A stretch of 64,000 nt of DNA from Nitrospirota bacterium (lineage in GTDB: Bacteria; Nitrospirota; UBA9217), in contig CAWCKW010000012.1 in NCBI GenBank assembly GCA_963796285.1, positions 64,001-128,000 of the forward strand, written 5' to 3'. A program made the translations under genes and the position numbers. This document shows positions 10,523-20,118 of the stretch, piece after piece. The first letter of the stretch is position 1, and every line of letters starts with the position of its first letter. Below the pieces are notes generated by a model, which was not told the DNA's origin, ran no database searches, and was given only the letters and a program-made list of their open reading frames with translations.

Positions 10523-11374
10523 ATGAAAAAAGTATTTTTCTTGTTCTGTATTGCTCTGACGCTTGCGCTTCCCGTGTCTTCCCATGCAAGTGAATCCGTC
10601 CCCACGCCGAATGTGGCGCTCTCCCCGAAAAAAATAGGACCCGGCGACCTCCTGCTCATTACGGTGAAAAATACCAATGCCCCTGTTGAAGGGACGTTCG
10701 ACAGCAAAAAAATCTACTTCAATTCGTCGCAGAATGGCTACAAAGCGGTTGTTGGCATCGATCTGCTCAGTGAACCGGGAAAATATAAACTCGAGATCAC
10801 CACTAACGGGACGACCATGCATCGCATCGTAACGGTATCAAAAAAGAAATACCCTGTCCAGCAGCTCACTCTTCCCAAGGGCATGGTAGAACTATCTCCG
10901 GAGAACGAGGCTCGCGCCGAACGGGAACAGAACAAGGTGGCCTCGATCTGGCCGAACCAGTCGGACCGGATCTGGTCGGGCAATTTTACGAACCCCCGCG
11001 AAGGAGAGATCGTTACAAAGTTCGGCGTCAAGCGGTTCTTGAACCATATCCCCAAGAGCCCCCACACCGGTGTTGATGTCGCTGCCAAGGAAGGCGACGA
11101 CGTGATCGCTCCGAACAGCGGTATCGTGGTCCTGGTCGATGACCTTTTCTTTACCGGGAACTCGATCGTTCTTGATCACGGCCAGGGAATTTTCACGATG
11201 TTTTTCCATCTCTCGAAAGTTCTCGTCCAACCAGGCCAGCAGGTCAAGAAGGGCGATGTGATCGGCCTCGTCGGCTCGACCGGCCGCTCAACGGGCGCCC
11301 ATTTGCACTGGGGTGCGCGCGTCCAGGGCGCAAGGGTGGATCCGTTGGAATTGATACATCTGAAACTGCAATAG
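10523..11374 (+). CDS. M23 family metallopeptidase
   Basis: Signal peptide; HTGVD, HLS, STGAHLH motifs. Confidence 0.9.
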   Translation: MKKVFFLFCIALTLALPVSSHASESVPTPNVALSPKKIGPGDLLLITVKNTNAPVEGTFDSKKIYFNSSQNGYKAVVGIDLLSEPGKYKLEITTNGTTMHRIVTVSKKKYPVQQLTLPKGMVELSPENEARAEREQNKVASIWPNQSDRIWSGNFTNPREGEIVTKFGVKRFLNHIPKSPHTGVDVAAKEGDDVIAPNSGIVVLVDDLFFTGNSIVLDHGQGIFTMFFHLSKVLVQPGQQVKKGDVIGLVGSTGRSTGAHLHWGARVQGARVDPLELIHLKLQ

Positions 11375-11456
11375 CAAAGAACAGGGAGTAGGGGGCTGCG
11401 GGAAAGAAGAGGAACAGTTAATTTTCATGCCGCGATTCGAATTCCGCAATAAGAAT

Positions 11457-12224
11457 ATGATCAAAGTCCTCTCCATAGCAGGCTCCGATCCGTCGTCCGG
11501 CGCCGGGATCCAGGTCGACCTCAAGACCTTTCAGCGGCTGGGCGCTTTCGGCATGGCCCTGCCGGCTGCGCTCACGGTACAGAACAGCCTGGGTGTCTCG
11601 GCAGTCGAACCGATCTCATCAGCGCTGCTTTCAAAGCAGCTTGACGTTCTGCTTTCGGACATCACGCCTGATGCGATCAAGACCGGCATGCTCATGACGA
11701 AGCAGAACATTGGGGCCGTGGTAAAGGCAATGACCAGGCATTCGATCACGAACCTTGTCATCGACCCCGTACTCCGGTCCAGTTCCGGGAAACTCCTGCT
11801 CGAACAAGATGCTGTTGCGGTCCTGAAGAAAAAGCTTTTTCCCCGGGCGCTCATAATTACACCGAACATTCCTGAGGCTGAAGCGCTGACCGACATGGCG
11901 ATAGGTTCTGATTCGGACATGGATTTTGCGGCAGGCAAACTGCTTGATATGGGGCCGGCGTATGTGCTCATCAAAGGCGGACATCGCCTTGGACCGGCTG
12001 TGGACACCCTGTATGGAGGAAAGACCGTGCTCAGCTTCTCCACACCACGGCGAAAAGGGGAGTTTCATGGCACCGGGTGCGTACTTTCCTCGGCAATAAC
12101 CGTGTTCATAGCCCGGGGATTACCTGTGCATAAGGCTGTGGAAAAGGCAAAACAATTTGTGGATATGATGTTGAAACGTGCGAAGCGGGTGGGGAAGGGC
12201 AGGACGAACTATTTCCAATTCTGA
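11457..12224 (+). CDS. thiD: hydroxymethylpyrimidine/phosphomethylpyrimidine kinase
   Basis: IAGSDPSSGAGIQVDLK, IKTGM, TPNIPEA, HGTGC. Confidence 0.95.
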   Translation: MIKVLSIAGSDPSSGAGIQVDLKTFQRLGAFGMALPAALTVQNSLGVSAVEPISSALLSKQLDVLLSDITPDAIKTGMLMTKQNIGAVVKAMTRHSITNLVIDPVLRSSSGKLLLEQDAVAVLKKKLFPRALIITPNIPEAEALTDMAIGSDSDMDFAAGKLLDMGPAYVLIKGGHRLGPAVDTLYGGKTVLSFSTPRRKGEFHGTGCVLSSAITVFIARGLPVHKAVEKAKQFVDMMLKRAKRVGKGRTNYFQF

Positions 12225-12242
12225 GACGACGGAGAGAGGGAG

Positions 12243-12297
12243 GGGGAACACGGCCGTTAAGCCACCGCGTTGCGGTTCGGCTTGACCTCCGTTCTCC
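12243..12297 (-). repeat. degenerate attC-like site
   Basis: Minus strand GGAGAAC...TCAAGCC.AACCGC-AAC-GCGGT-GGCTTAA...GTTCCCC, downstream of aroK. Confidence 0.45.
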
Positions 12298-12334
12298 CGG
12301 AGCGCGGGTTTAGACCGTCGCTTTCAGCATCTAA

Positions 12335-12850
12335 TTAGCTTTTCTCTCTCGCTCGGCTAATGATTCTTGCACAGATTTCCTCTTGAGTCAGACCAGCGCA
12401 TTTGATAGTGAGGTCTGCGTACTTTGAGTAAAGAGTTAAGCGCTCGTGAAACAAACTGGCTAAGTCCTGCTCCGGCCTTTTTGCAAGACCTCTCGTAAGA
12501 AAGTTATTAATCCTTGCTTCCAGTGCGGGCAACTCCACATCGAGAAAGATGACAAGGCCGTCTGACTTGAGGTGAGCCATTGCACGGTCACTGTAAACGG
12601 CGCTGCCACCCGTGGCAATGACGCAGTTTTGGACGGAAAGCCCAAGCAGAACATCTTCCTCTATCTTCCGGAGGACAGCGTATCCGTTTGTATCTACAAT
12701 ATTCTGCAATGTTCGTCCTTGTGACGTCTGAATGAGCACGTCTGTATCCACGAAGTCACGTGACATCTGCTTCGCCAGGATGACGCCGACGGTGCTCTTA
12801 CCTGCGCCTGGCATTCCTATTAAAATAAGATTTGAACGCGCTGTTGACAT
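12335..12850 (-). CDS. aroK: shikimate kinase
   Basis: LIGMPGAGKSTVG, FVDTD, VIATGGS, ER..LY. Confidence 0.9.
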   Translation of the reverse strand: MSTARSNLILIGMPGAGKSTVGVILAKQMSRDFVDTDVLIQTSQGRTLQNIVDTNGYAVLRKIEEDVLLGLSVQNCVIATGGSAVYSDRAMAHLKSDGLVIFLDVELPALEARINNFLTRGLAKRPEQDLASLFHERLTLYSKYADLTIKCAGLTQEEICARIISRAREKS

Positions 12851-12860
12851 GATTCTCGAA

Positions 12861-12908
12861 AACCAACGATGAGCTGGCCCGCTTGACGCGTTGAGCGTTT
12901 GGTCAGCC
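12861..12908 (-). repeat. degenerate attC-like site
   Basis: Minus strand GGCTGAC-CAAACGCTCAAC...GCGGGCCAGCTCATC-GTTGGTT, just upstream of the aroK start. Confidence 0.5.
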
Positions 12909-13013
12909 CGATATCCCTTTGACTGTGATAGTCAACGTCGGCCACTATGTCCACGACGTTTCAAATAACTCACTGATCCGAAATTGACGACAGTGCTTCC
13001 GTCAACGTGGCCT

Positions 13014-13641
13014 TTAAAGTGATGGAGCTTGGCTGTTCTTTTCCATGAGGTCGGCCAGTTTCGACCAGTCGAAGGAGAGGAGGTTCATGATCTGCGATCG
13101 GATTTTTCGTATTGCCGCGGATGCGTCACCCTCCTTTTTCATATTATAAAACGGAAGGACCGCGCCAAACGTACGCTCGATGTAAACTGGGATCGGCGGC
13201 AGAACGTCACCGCGTCTCGTAAAATAGGGATCTTCTCCGGGCGCGCAGGGGACCGTGAACACATTGAACATTCTGCACCCCACCGGCCGGACAGGGTGAA
13301 TGGAGCAGAAATTATCGATAAGAAACGGGCACCCCGATGCGGCCGTATGGGCCGCAAGCCGGCTCCTCAGGACGTCCCTGACGGGCGATGTAATTTTCTC
13401 CGTGGCATACCAGTAGATGCCGACAAGTTCGTGCGGGTACAGGGGAAGGTCCTTTTGATCAACGCAGCAGGTGCCGCATCCTTTTCCGCAGGCGAGAGTT
13501 TTCTTCTGCTTTTTCTCCATATCCCGTGATCGCGATCGCCACTCCGGTATCGGCGATCGAGTACGCGTCAAGAAGCAGGGAAAGCCAGGGAAGGCGTTGC
13601 TCGTCAGATGGGAAAGTGAAGGCGCCGCGAAAGACCGGCAT
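13014..13641 (-). CDS. YkgJ-family CxxxCxxCC (zinc/Fe-S) protein; frameshift near 13525
   Basis: CGKGCGTCC, CPFL...CSIHPVRPVGCRMF; N-terminus is in ORF 13459..13641 in another frame. Confidence 0.8.
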
Positions 13642-13832
13642 TCATCTGTCCCCGGTTTTTTTTCATATTGTCATTTTGCTCATTGTTTTTTCCAGGCAAG
13701 TGCGGACCATGATGGTGAATCACATTAACAATCAGCGAAAGGAATGTCAACAGGAAACCTGACAGCGGGCTGGGACAGCGGCAAGAACGAAAAATCGTCG
13801 AACGTGAGCCGCTCCGGGTGACTCGAACGGGA

Positions 13833-13899
13833 AATGAACGGCCGGTGTCAGCTGCTCACAAAGCGCAGCGGATCGTGCCGGCTGCACGCAGTGTGAGGC
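13833..13899 (-). repeat. degenerate attC site
   Basis: Minus strand GCCTCAC-ACTGCGTGCAGCCGGC...CCGCTGCGCTTTG...GCAGCTGACACCGGCC-GTTCATT. Confidence 0.6.
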
Positions 13900-13936
13900 G
13901 GTCACGATGTGCCGAAGATGTGTGTGTCGAAGTGGC

Positions 13937-14905
13937 TTACCACAGGTGATGCACTTGCGAGCGAATGTGGCGGTCGTAGATCGCCTGAATCTTCTCCATG
14001 GTGGAGCCGGAAAGCGAGGGCAGGTCGGCGGCACGGATATTGTCTTCGGCCTGCGCGGGGCGCTTGGCCCCTGGGACGGTACAGGTCACGGCATCGGACA
14101 TCAGTATCCAACGCAGGGCCATTTGCGCCATCGTCGCGTTTGATGGAACCAGCGGACGCAATTCCTCCACAGCCTTAAGTCCGATCTCGAAATCCACGCC
14201 TGAGAACGTCTCGCCCCGGTCGAACGCCTGGCCTTTACGATTGAAGTTGCGGTGGTCATCGCGCGAGAACGTGCTGGCAGGCGTCATCTTGCCGGTAAGC
14301 ATGCCGGAGGCGAGGGGTACGCGGGCGATGATCCCCACACCGCTGCGTTTGGCCTCCTCAAAAAAGCTTTCGGCCGGTCGCTGCCGGAAGATGTTGTAGA
14401 TGATCATGACGGATTGGACGTTGGGATATGTGATGGCCTTTTCAGCCTCCACGATGCGCTCCACGCTGACGCCGTAATGACGGATCTTGCCCTGCGTCAC
14501 CAGACCGTCCAGGATGCCGAAGACGTCGGGGTTATAGGCCTCGATGGGCGGGCAGTGCAGCTGCATGAGATCTAAAACCTCGACGCCCAGGTTCCGCAGA
14601 CTATTTTCGACAAAGGCTGTCATATTCTCGCGATTGTAGCCTTGGGCGTCGGGATTGATCTGCATGCCCATTTTGGTTGCGATATAAAACGGCTCACGGC
14701 GTTGCCGCCGCAGACGGCCCAGCAATGGCTCGCTGCCATATACGTCGGCGGTGTCGAAGAAGTTGACGCCCAGATCCAGAGCGCGGTTAAGGGTGGCGAG
14801 CGATTCGCGGTCATCCACCGGTCCCCATAAACTGCCCATTGCCCACGTACCGAGGCCTATGGCTGATACCTTCCAACCTGTGCGTCCGAGGTCACGATAT
14901 TCCAT
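13937..14905 (-). CDS. aldo/keto reductase
   Basis: GRTGWKVSAIGLGTW, FFDTADVYG, IATK, LHCP, PLASG; AGGAGG RBS before the ATG at 14905. Confidence 0.93.
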   Translation of the reverse strand: MEYRDLGRTGWKVSAIGLGTWAMGSLWGPVDDRESLATLNRALDLGVNFFDTADVYGSEPLLGRLRRQRREPFYIATKMGMQINPDAQGYNRENMTAFVENSLRNLGVEVLDLMQLHCPPIEAYNPDVFGILDGLVTQGKIRHYGVSVERIVEAEKAITYPNVQSVMIIYNIFRQRPAESFFEEAKRSGVGIIARVPLASGMLTGKMTPASTFSRDDHRNFNRKGQAFDRGETFSGVDFEIGLKAVEELRPLVPSNATMAQMALRWILMSDAVTCTVPGAKRPAQAEDNIRAADLPSLSGSTMEKIQAIYDRHIRSQVHHLW

Positions 14906-15003
14906 TTTTCCCGCCTCCTTTGGCTCCTGGCCGTGTTCACCGAACACCGCATTGGGCCGCGTCATGAGTATGATCTCAGTCTTTCAAAACCTGATTAGTT
15001 ATA

Positions 15004-15068
15004 TGCTAATGACAGTGAGATACCCGCACCCAGTGCCAACAGCATCAGATCTCAAAATGACGTTAGAG
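15004..15068 (-). repeat. highly degenerate attC-like site
   Basis: Minus strand CTCTAAC...TGAGAT...ATCTCA...ATTAGCA. Confidence 0.4.
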
Positions 15069-15102
15069 CCAGAAAGGATAAATTAGATAGATGTTGTGCG
15101 AT

Positions 15103-15564
15103 CTATTTTTTAATGGAAGACTTCAGCCAGTTCGCATCGGCCTTTTTGATGTTACCGGGAATATCCCTGCTCCATTTTTCATATGCTGTCGCGCTGCAAT
15201 TCAGGTATAGCTTCCCGTCAACGATCTTCCACACTTCAGGATCGGTTTTGGCTATTCGTGCTTCTGTCAGGGCCCAGGCGCAATAACCGTCATATTGCGG
15301 AGCGTATTTCTCCGGACTGGCCGCAAACAGGTCCCTGTTCTCTTTGGTCGAGAAATACCAGGTCATGTCATGCCACTTGAAGGTAAATGACTCGTTGCCT
15401 TTTAGTGCTTTGCCGGCCGTGAAATATGCGACGGTATCGTACCCCTTTATTGCCAAATCATCTGCCGGTGGATTTCCGGCAGCTATGCCGCCGAACCCGG
15501 TCAATAGCAGCAATACAAAGGATAAACTCATGAGAATCCCAGCTGATGCGTTCTGAAGTTTCAT
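15103..15564 (-). CDS. exported YHS-domain protein
   Basis: AIKGYDTVAYF, FAASPEKYAPQYDGYCAW, IVDGKLYLN, IKKADANW. Confidence 0.88.
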   Translation of the reverse strand: MKLQNASAGILMSLSFVLLLLTGFGGIAAGNPPADDLAIKGYDTVAYFTAGKALKGNESFTFKWHDMTWYFSTKENRDLFAASPEKYAPQYDGYCAWALTEARIAKTDPEVWKIVDGKLYLNCSATAYEKWSRDIPGNIKKADANWLKSSIKK

Positions 15565-15666
15565 ATCCGATTGCCTCCCTGTTTATGATTAGTTAATATG
15601 TGCAAATCGATCCTTGGTGTCATTTTATATAATACCTCTTTGAGAAAAGTTAAAATATGATGAGAA

Positions 15667-16074
15667 TCAAACCATAGCCTCCTTGGACCCTATCCATTCA
15701 AGGCAATCCTGGTAATTCTTGAAAACATGCAATTCCTTAGAACCACTCGGCAAAAGACTCCGATATATCTGATACATGCGTGCCAGCCCATACGCTATGG
15801 GTTTGTTTACAACAATTGCAAGTTTGGTCTTTACTCCTTGCGGATCATTCATGGAGGCCATATGCGCAAGCTTTTTTATACCTTCAGAGCTCAATAAAAA
15901 ATTACTTGCGGCGCTGAAGTCTACAATTTCGTTGTATGAGGCATAACGGGGCAGGCTTTTTATGTTTTGTTGATATTTAGCGAGGGCATCAGAAAGTTCA
16001 CTGTCAACGGCATCTCCAGACCAGATTGTAGTAATAAGTTTAGCGTCATCATCGATTTTATGCAGTACTGGCAT
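15667..16074 (-). CDS. hypothetical protein (SpoIIAA/STAS-like fold)
   Basis: EIVDFS...KLAIVV...AYGLARMY...VFK...LEWI pattern; starts just after an attC. Confidence 0.65.
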   Translation of the reverse strand: MPVLHKIDDDAKLITTIWSGDAVDSELSDALAKYQQNIKSLPRYASYNEIVDFSAASNFLLSSEGIKKLAHMASMNDPQGVKTKLAIVVNKPIAYGLARMYQIYRSLLPSGSKELHVFKNYQDCLEWIGSKEAMV

Positions 16075-16087
16075 AGTCCACCATAAG

Positions 16088-16155
16088 TGCTAACATGCGA
16101 GTTCAGCGGTACGTGCGGCGTTTTATAGCGTACCGCCGGGGATGAATTGTCAGGC
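16088..16155 (-). repeat. attC site
   Basis: Minus strand GCCTGAC-AATTCATC...GCGGTACG...CGTACCGCTGAACTCGCAT-GTTAGCA. Confidence 0.7.
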
Positions 16156-16175
16156 GCTGGCGGTGCCCGGCAGCC

Positions 16176-16460
16176 TCAATACGCGACCGTAAAGCGCCGG
16201 CGGATGTGAGTGGGTCGCTCCAGTTCGTCGAGAAGAGCGACTGCGTAGTCCTCGACCGAAATGCGGCTCACGCCGGCTGAGGAAGCTCCAGTCCACGTTG
16301 CTCGTGCTCGCACGGAAGAGCTCCAGGGCCTGGACTTGGGCAGGCCTCCGCTTTCCATTCTGCAGGGAATTGGGGCGTGTCGATTTAAACGCACTCCAAG
16401 CGCGACCAGAAGGCTGCCGCCTCCGCCCCACACCAGGCGCTTCACACCCGCCCAGGGGAG
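16176..16460 (-). pseudogene. decayed NAD(P)-binding oxidoreductase (YwnB-like) remnant
   Basis: Fragments AGVKRL..GGGGSL and SRISVEDYAVALLDELERPTHIRRRFTVAY; N-terminal Rossmann motif and middle missing. Confidence 0.7.
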
Positions 16461-16626
16461 AGGTAGTGCCATAAATTGAGGATAGCAGTGACGGTGAGAC
16501 TTGTCAATGACAGCACCTAAGCCCATTGGCTAAGGCCTACACCAGATGATCCAAGGTTAATTTGCTTGCGAAAGTGGAAAGCGCGGGTTATTATGACACT
16601 TCGGTTAAGGTCACGGGATATATATC

Positions 16627-17157
16627 ATGCACCGCTTATTCGACAAATCTTCTATTTTATTTATAAAAATAGCCATTCTATCTCTTCTGACCGTCGTTCC
16701 TTTTTCTTATGCGGCCTCAAACCCTATACGGGAATCGGCACCGGACTTTACGTTATCCGACATGCAGGGCATCGCGCACAAGCTCGCTGATTATCGCGGC
16801 AGCGTAGTGGTTTTGAATTTCTGGGCCTCATGGTGTCCGGAATGCGTGATCGAGATGCCTTCTCTCGATAGCCTCTACAACCGGCTGAAAAAGGACGGTC
16901 TGATGGTGATCGGGGTCTCCGTCGACAGGACCCGCGGAGACATCGCTCAGTTGGCCGGCAAAGTGTCGTATCCAATACTGCTTGACGAAAAAGGAGACGT
17001 GTTCGTAAAAAAATACACGATTACCCGGCTGCCGGCCACGATCATCATCGATCGCGATGGGGCCATCGTTAAGAAGATCTTCGGTGGACGGGATTTCAGC
17101 TCCGGGGCCTTTATCGGGGAAATGACCGGTCTCTTGCAGGAGAAAAAGGCGCAATGA
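16627..17157 (+). CDS. TlpA-family thiol-disulfide oxidoreductase
   Basis: APDFTL, LNFWASWCPEC, LPATIIID. Confidence 0.9.
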   Translation: MHRLFDKSSILFIKIAILSLLTVVPFSYAASNPIRESAPDFTLSDMQGIAHKLADYRGSVVVLNFWASWCPECVIEMPSLDSLYNRLKKDGLMVIGVSVDRTRGDIAQLAGKVSYPILLDEKGDVFVKKYTITRLPATIIIDRDGAIVKKIFGGRDFSSGAFIGEMTGLLQEKKAQ

Positions 17158-17507
17158 AACGCTTTTACGGGCATATCGGGGCGGCACTCTGCGTGGTCCT
17201 CCTGGCAGGCTGCGGTCCCTCGACATTCTTAATAGACAAGGCGGGCACCTCCGCGTACTTCGGTCGTAACAATCAGTATCTTAACAAGAAGCTGTGCACC
17301 AGTGGCGAATTGAGGCTGATACTCGCGGACGCGGACCTTCCCCGGGAGATAGAAAGCGATTTCTATCGCTATACCTGCTCGGAGGAGAGGTCCTACGATA
17401 AAGTCATTTCCCTCTATCTTGTTCTGACGCCGGTGGAAAAGATGCAATTAAAGCGGGCGTTCGAAAAACACGGGTACGAAGTGAATCGCCTGCACTGCTG
17501 AGGCTGA
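17154..17507 (+). CDS. lipoprotein of unknown function; possibly ends Cys-Sec-Gly by UGA recoding (otherwise ends at 17501)
   Basis: Lipobox LLAGC; ATGA overlap with the tlpA-like gene; ends TGC TGA GGC TGA followed by a hairpin. Confidence 0.7.
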
Positions 17508-17670
17508 CGCACTGCCCCGGTCGGGGCACAAAAACCTGCATGGATGGAGCGGAAAACGTTGGCTGACAAACGGTGCTGAACCAGTGCCGTGAGCGGCCCG
17601 GGTAGCCGTAGTTCGCATATCATTCGCACGTTGTGGCTGTCTGCATGTGAGGCGCCACGGAGCATTCACC

Positions 17671-18639
17671 ATGGCTAATATCATCCCTTTCCTCATACAG
17701 CACGGATACTCCGTAGTGTTTATCTGGGTCTTTGCAGAAACAATGGGGCTTCCCATACCGAGCGCTCCTCTGCTTATCACGGTCGGGACCATGGCCGGTG
17801 TCGGACAGTTGAACCTGTTCCTCTGCATAGGATCAGGCGTCTGTGCAGCGCTGGTGAGCGACCTGTTTTGGTTCGCTATGGGAAGGCGACGCGGAGGCAA
17901 GGTGCTATCCGTGCTTTGCCGCATATCTCTCGAGCCTGACTCCTGCGTCCGGAGGACGGAAAGTATCTTTACCCGGTACGGCGGCCGCTCCCTTCTGGTA
18001 ACTAAATTTTTCCCCGGATTTGGCGCTGTGTCGACTCCGATGGCGGGCATGATCGGCATGCGTCTGTGGCGTTTTTTACTTTTCGACGGTATGGGCATCA
18101 TCGTCTGGGTCGGCGCCTATACACTTCTCGGGTATATATTCAGTAGAAAACTCGATCGTGCGTTGGATTATGCCGCGGGAATGGGCAAAACGCTCTCGGT
18201 GTTGGTGGCCGGCGGGCTGGCGCTGTATATCCTCCGGAAGTATGCCTTGCGCCGGCGCATTTTGCGCGAGCTCTACACCGCGCGCATCACCCCGGAAGAG
18301 CTGAAGCAGAGGCTGGACGCGGGCGAAGATGTCGTTATCATCGATCTGCGCCACGAACTTGACTTTGAACATGATCCCTATATCATACCCGGCGCTTTGC
18401 GGATCCCCCTGGATGAGGTAGCGCGCCATCCGATCGTTTCGAGCGATCGCGAGATCGTAGCCTATTGTACGTGCCCCAACGAAGCCTCCAGCGCCCAGGT
18501 GGTGCTGCGGCTATCCCAGCAGGGGATTACGCGCATTCGGCCGCTTGCCGGCGGTTTTCACGCCTGGCGCGACCGCGATTATCCCGTAGTACTGGCGGAA
18601 GGCAGAAATCATAAAGATCCAAAGTCCAGAATATTTTAA
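17671..18639 (+). CDS. DedA/VTT membrane protein fused to a rhodanese domain
   Basis: ETMGLPIP, GRRRG, KFFPGF DedA motifs; C-terminal IIDLR, IPGA, YCTCPNE, LAGGFHAW. Confidence 0.9.
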   Translation: MANIIPFLIQHGYSVVFIWVFAETMGLPIPSAPLLITVGTMAGVGQLNLFLCIGSGVCAALVSDLFWFAMGRRRGGKVLSVLCRISLEPDSCVRRTESIFTRYGGRSLLVTKFFPGFGAVSTPMAGMIGMRLWRFLLFDGMGIIVWVGAYTLLGYIFSRKLDRALDYAAGMGKTLSVLVAGGLALYILRKYALRRRILRELYTARITPEELKQRLDAGEDVVIIDLRHELDFEHDPYIIPGALRIPLDEVARHPIVSSDREIVAYCTCPNEASSAQVVLRLSQQGITRIRPLAGGFHAWRDRDYPVVLAEGRNHKDPKSRIF

Positions 18640-18663
18640 GCGTTACGAATGAAGTATATAAAC

Positions 18664-18698
18664 AAAAAAGTGCCGCCTTAAGCTTGAAGGCGGCACTT
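18664..18698. terminator. hairpin terminator between convergent genes
   Basis: AAGTGCCGCCTT/AAGGCGGCACTT perfect inverted repeat with an A run. Confidence 0.75.
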
Positions 18699-18777
18699 GT
18701 ATGTTAGGCTCAGAGACGGCGGCCATAGACAATGCGGCGATGCACCACCACCCGCTTCCTGCAGTTTACTGCTTCAC

Positions 18778-19974
18778 TCAGAGTCTGGAAGCGGGAATCC
18801 GTCCATAATAGCATTGCAGCTGGTTTGCGGTCACCCCGATCAGGCAGTACCCGCAGTTAATGCACCGCGAGCTTTCCTGCCCCTGCTGGAATCTGTTCAC
18901 AATATCAGGTTCGATGACGAACGGCCGCGACAGGGACACAAAGTCAATTCCCTTATCCGAGATGATCGTTTTTATGTCCTGTAAATTTCTGATTCCGCCC
19001 ACTGCTATGACTGGTATGCCGACATTACGCTTGATATGTTCTGCAAGGGGAACATTATAATTGTGGAGGGGCATTCGGACCTTTGCCAGGAAGGGGGCCA
19101 TGATCCTGAAAAGTCCTTTTTGATAACCGGGCATATCGCGATACTTCGGCATGAGCCCAAGGACGGCGTCCACGGGAACCTTGGGCATGCGGACAGCGTA
19201 CATAAAGTCTCCATAACCGCAGGAGACTTCGATGGCATCGCAGGAGGCTGCCTCCAGTATCCGGGCGATCTTCACCGCCTCGGTTTCGGCCAGTCCCCGT
19301 CTGAATTCATCATGGCCGCTCATCTTTACGAGGATCGGAAAATCACCGACTTCCGTTCGTGCGGAGGAGATAATCCCGGTCACGATCCGCAACCGATTTT
19401 CTGTTGATCCGCCCCACTGGTCCCTGCGTTTGTTCAATACCGGGGAAACGAATTCGGAAAGAAGATAGCCATGTGCAGCATGGAGCTCTACTCCGTCAAA
19501 ACCCGCTGTCTTCGCACGCACGATAGCAGCCACGAATGCCCCGACGATCGACCGGATCTCCGCCTCGCTCGCTTCTTTTACCACGTCTCCGTAATCGTTC
19601 TTTTTTCGTCCGCTCGCGCTGATAACGTCCTGGCCCGTGACTTTCGACATTGACCTGCTGCCGCCGTGGGCGATTTGCAGGATGATCGGAGTTTTGAACT
19701 GCTGCAGCTGGTCGGTGATGGATTTGTATACGGGAATATAGGTGTCGCTATCAAACATGCGCATGTTCGGGAACGTCTTGCCGTTCTGTTTCACGCCAAC
19801 GTACCCGGTGATGATCGCCCCTGCACCGCCTGTTGCCAGATCTTGATACGTCCGCAGAAGATCGTCCGTCGGCATACCGTCGCGATGGGCCATACCTTCA
19901 TGTGTTGCGGCACGGATGATCCTGTTTTTTAACGTGAGATTTCCTATTGAACAGGGTTCAAATACGTGCTTCAT
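18778..19974 (-). CDS. NADH:flavin oxidoreductase (old yellow enzyme family)
   Basis: LKNRIIRAAT, QIAHGG, AGFDGVELHAAHGYLLSEF, C-terminal CINCGYC. Confidence 0.92.
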   Translation of the reverse strand: MKHVFEPCSIGNLTLKNRIIRAATHEGMAHRDGMPTDDLLRTYQDLATGGAGAIITGYVGVKQNGKTFPNMRMFDSDTYIPVYKSITDQLQQFKTPIILQIAHGGSRSMSKVTGQDVISASGRKKNDYGDVVKEASEAEIRSIVGAFVAAIVRAKTAGFDGVELHAAHGYLLSEFVSPVLNKRRDQWGGSTENRLRIVTGIISSARTEVGDFPILVKMSGHDEFRRGLAETEAVKIARILEAASCDAIEVSCGYGDFMYAVRMPKVPVDAVLGLMPKYRDMPGYQKGLFRIMAPFLAKVRMPLHNYNVPLAEHIKRNVGIPVIAVGGIRNLQDIKTIISDKGIDFVSLSRPFVIEPDIVNRFQQGQESSRCINCGYCLIGVTANQLQCYYGRIPASRL

Positions 19975-20022
19975 CAGATGCTCCTCTTATTTTGAAGTTT
20001 AGTGAGCTTATATGGTAGTGAT

Positions 20023-20117
20023 AATGAACGAAGTGAATTTACCGGCGCGACGGCCACTTGATTAGTAAACACGGCTGCCTGCCGCAGAGGTGCGTCCGGT
20101 GCAATGATCTGTCAGGC
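20023..20117 (-). repeat. attC site (partly degenerate)
   Basis: Minus strand GCCTGAC-AGATCATTGCACCGGACGC...GCGCCGGTAAATTCACTTC-GTTCATT, starting right after the stop of the preceding gene. Confidence 0.7.
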
Positions 20118-20118
20118 G

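Noticed and set aside
15103-15564. YHS protein as a selenoprotein
   Set aside because: The relevant position is a Cys codon (DGYCAW) and there is no in-frame UGA.
17575-17653. attC-like stretch GCTGAAC...GTGAGGC upstream of the DedA-rhodanese gene
   Set aside because: Internal pairing is too weak and the orientation is ambiguous.
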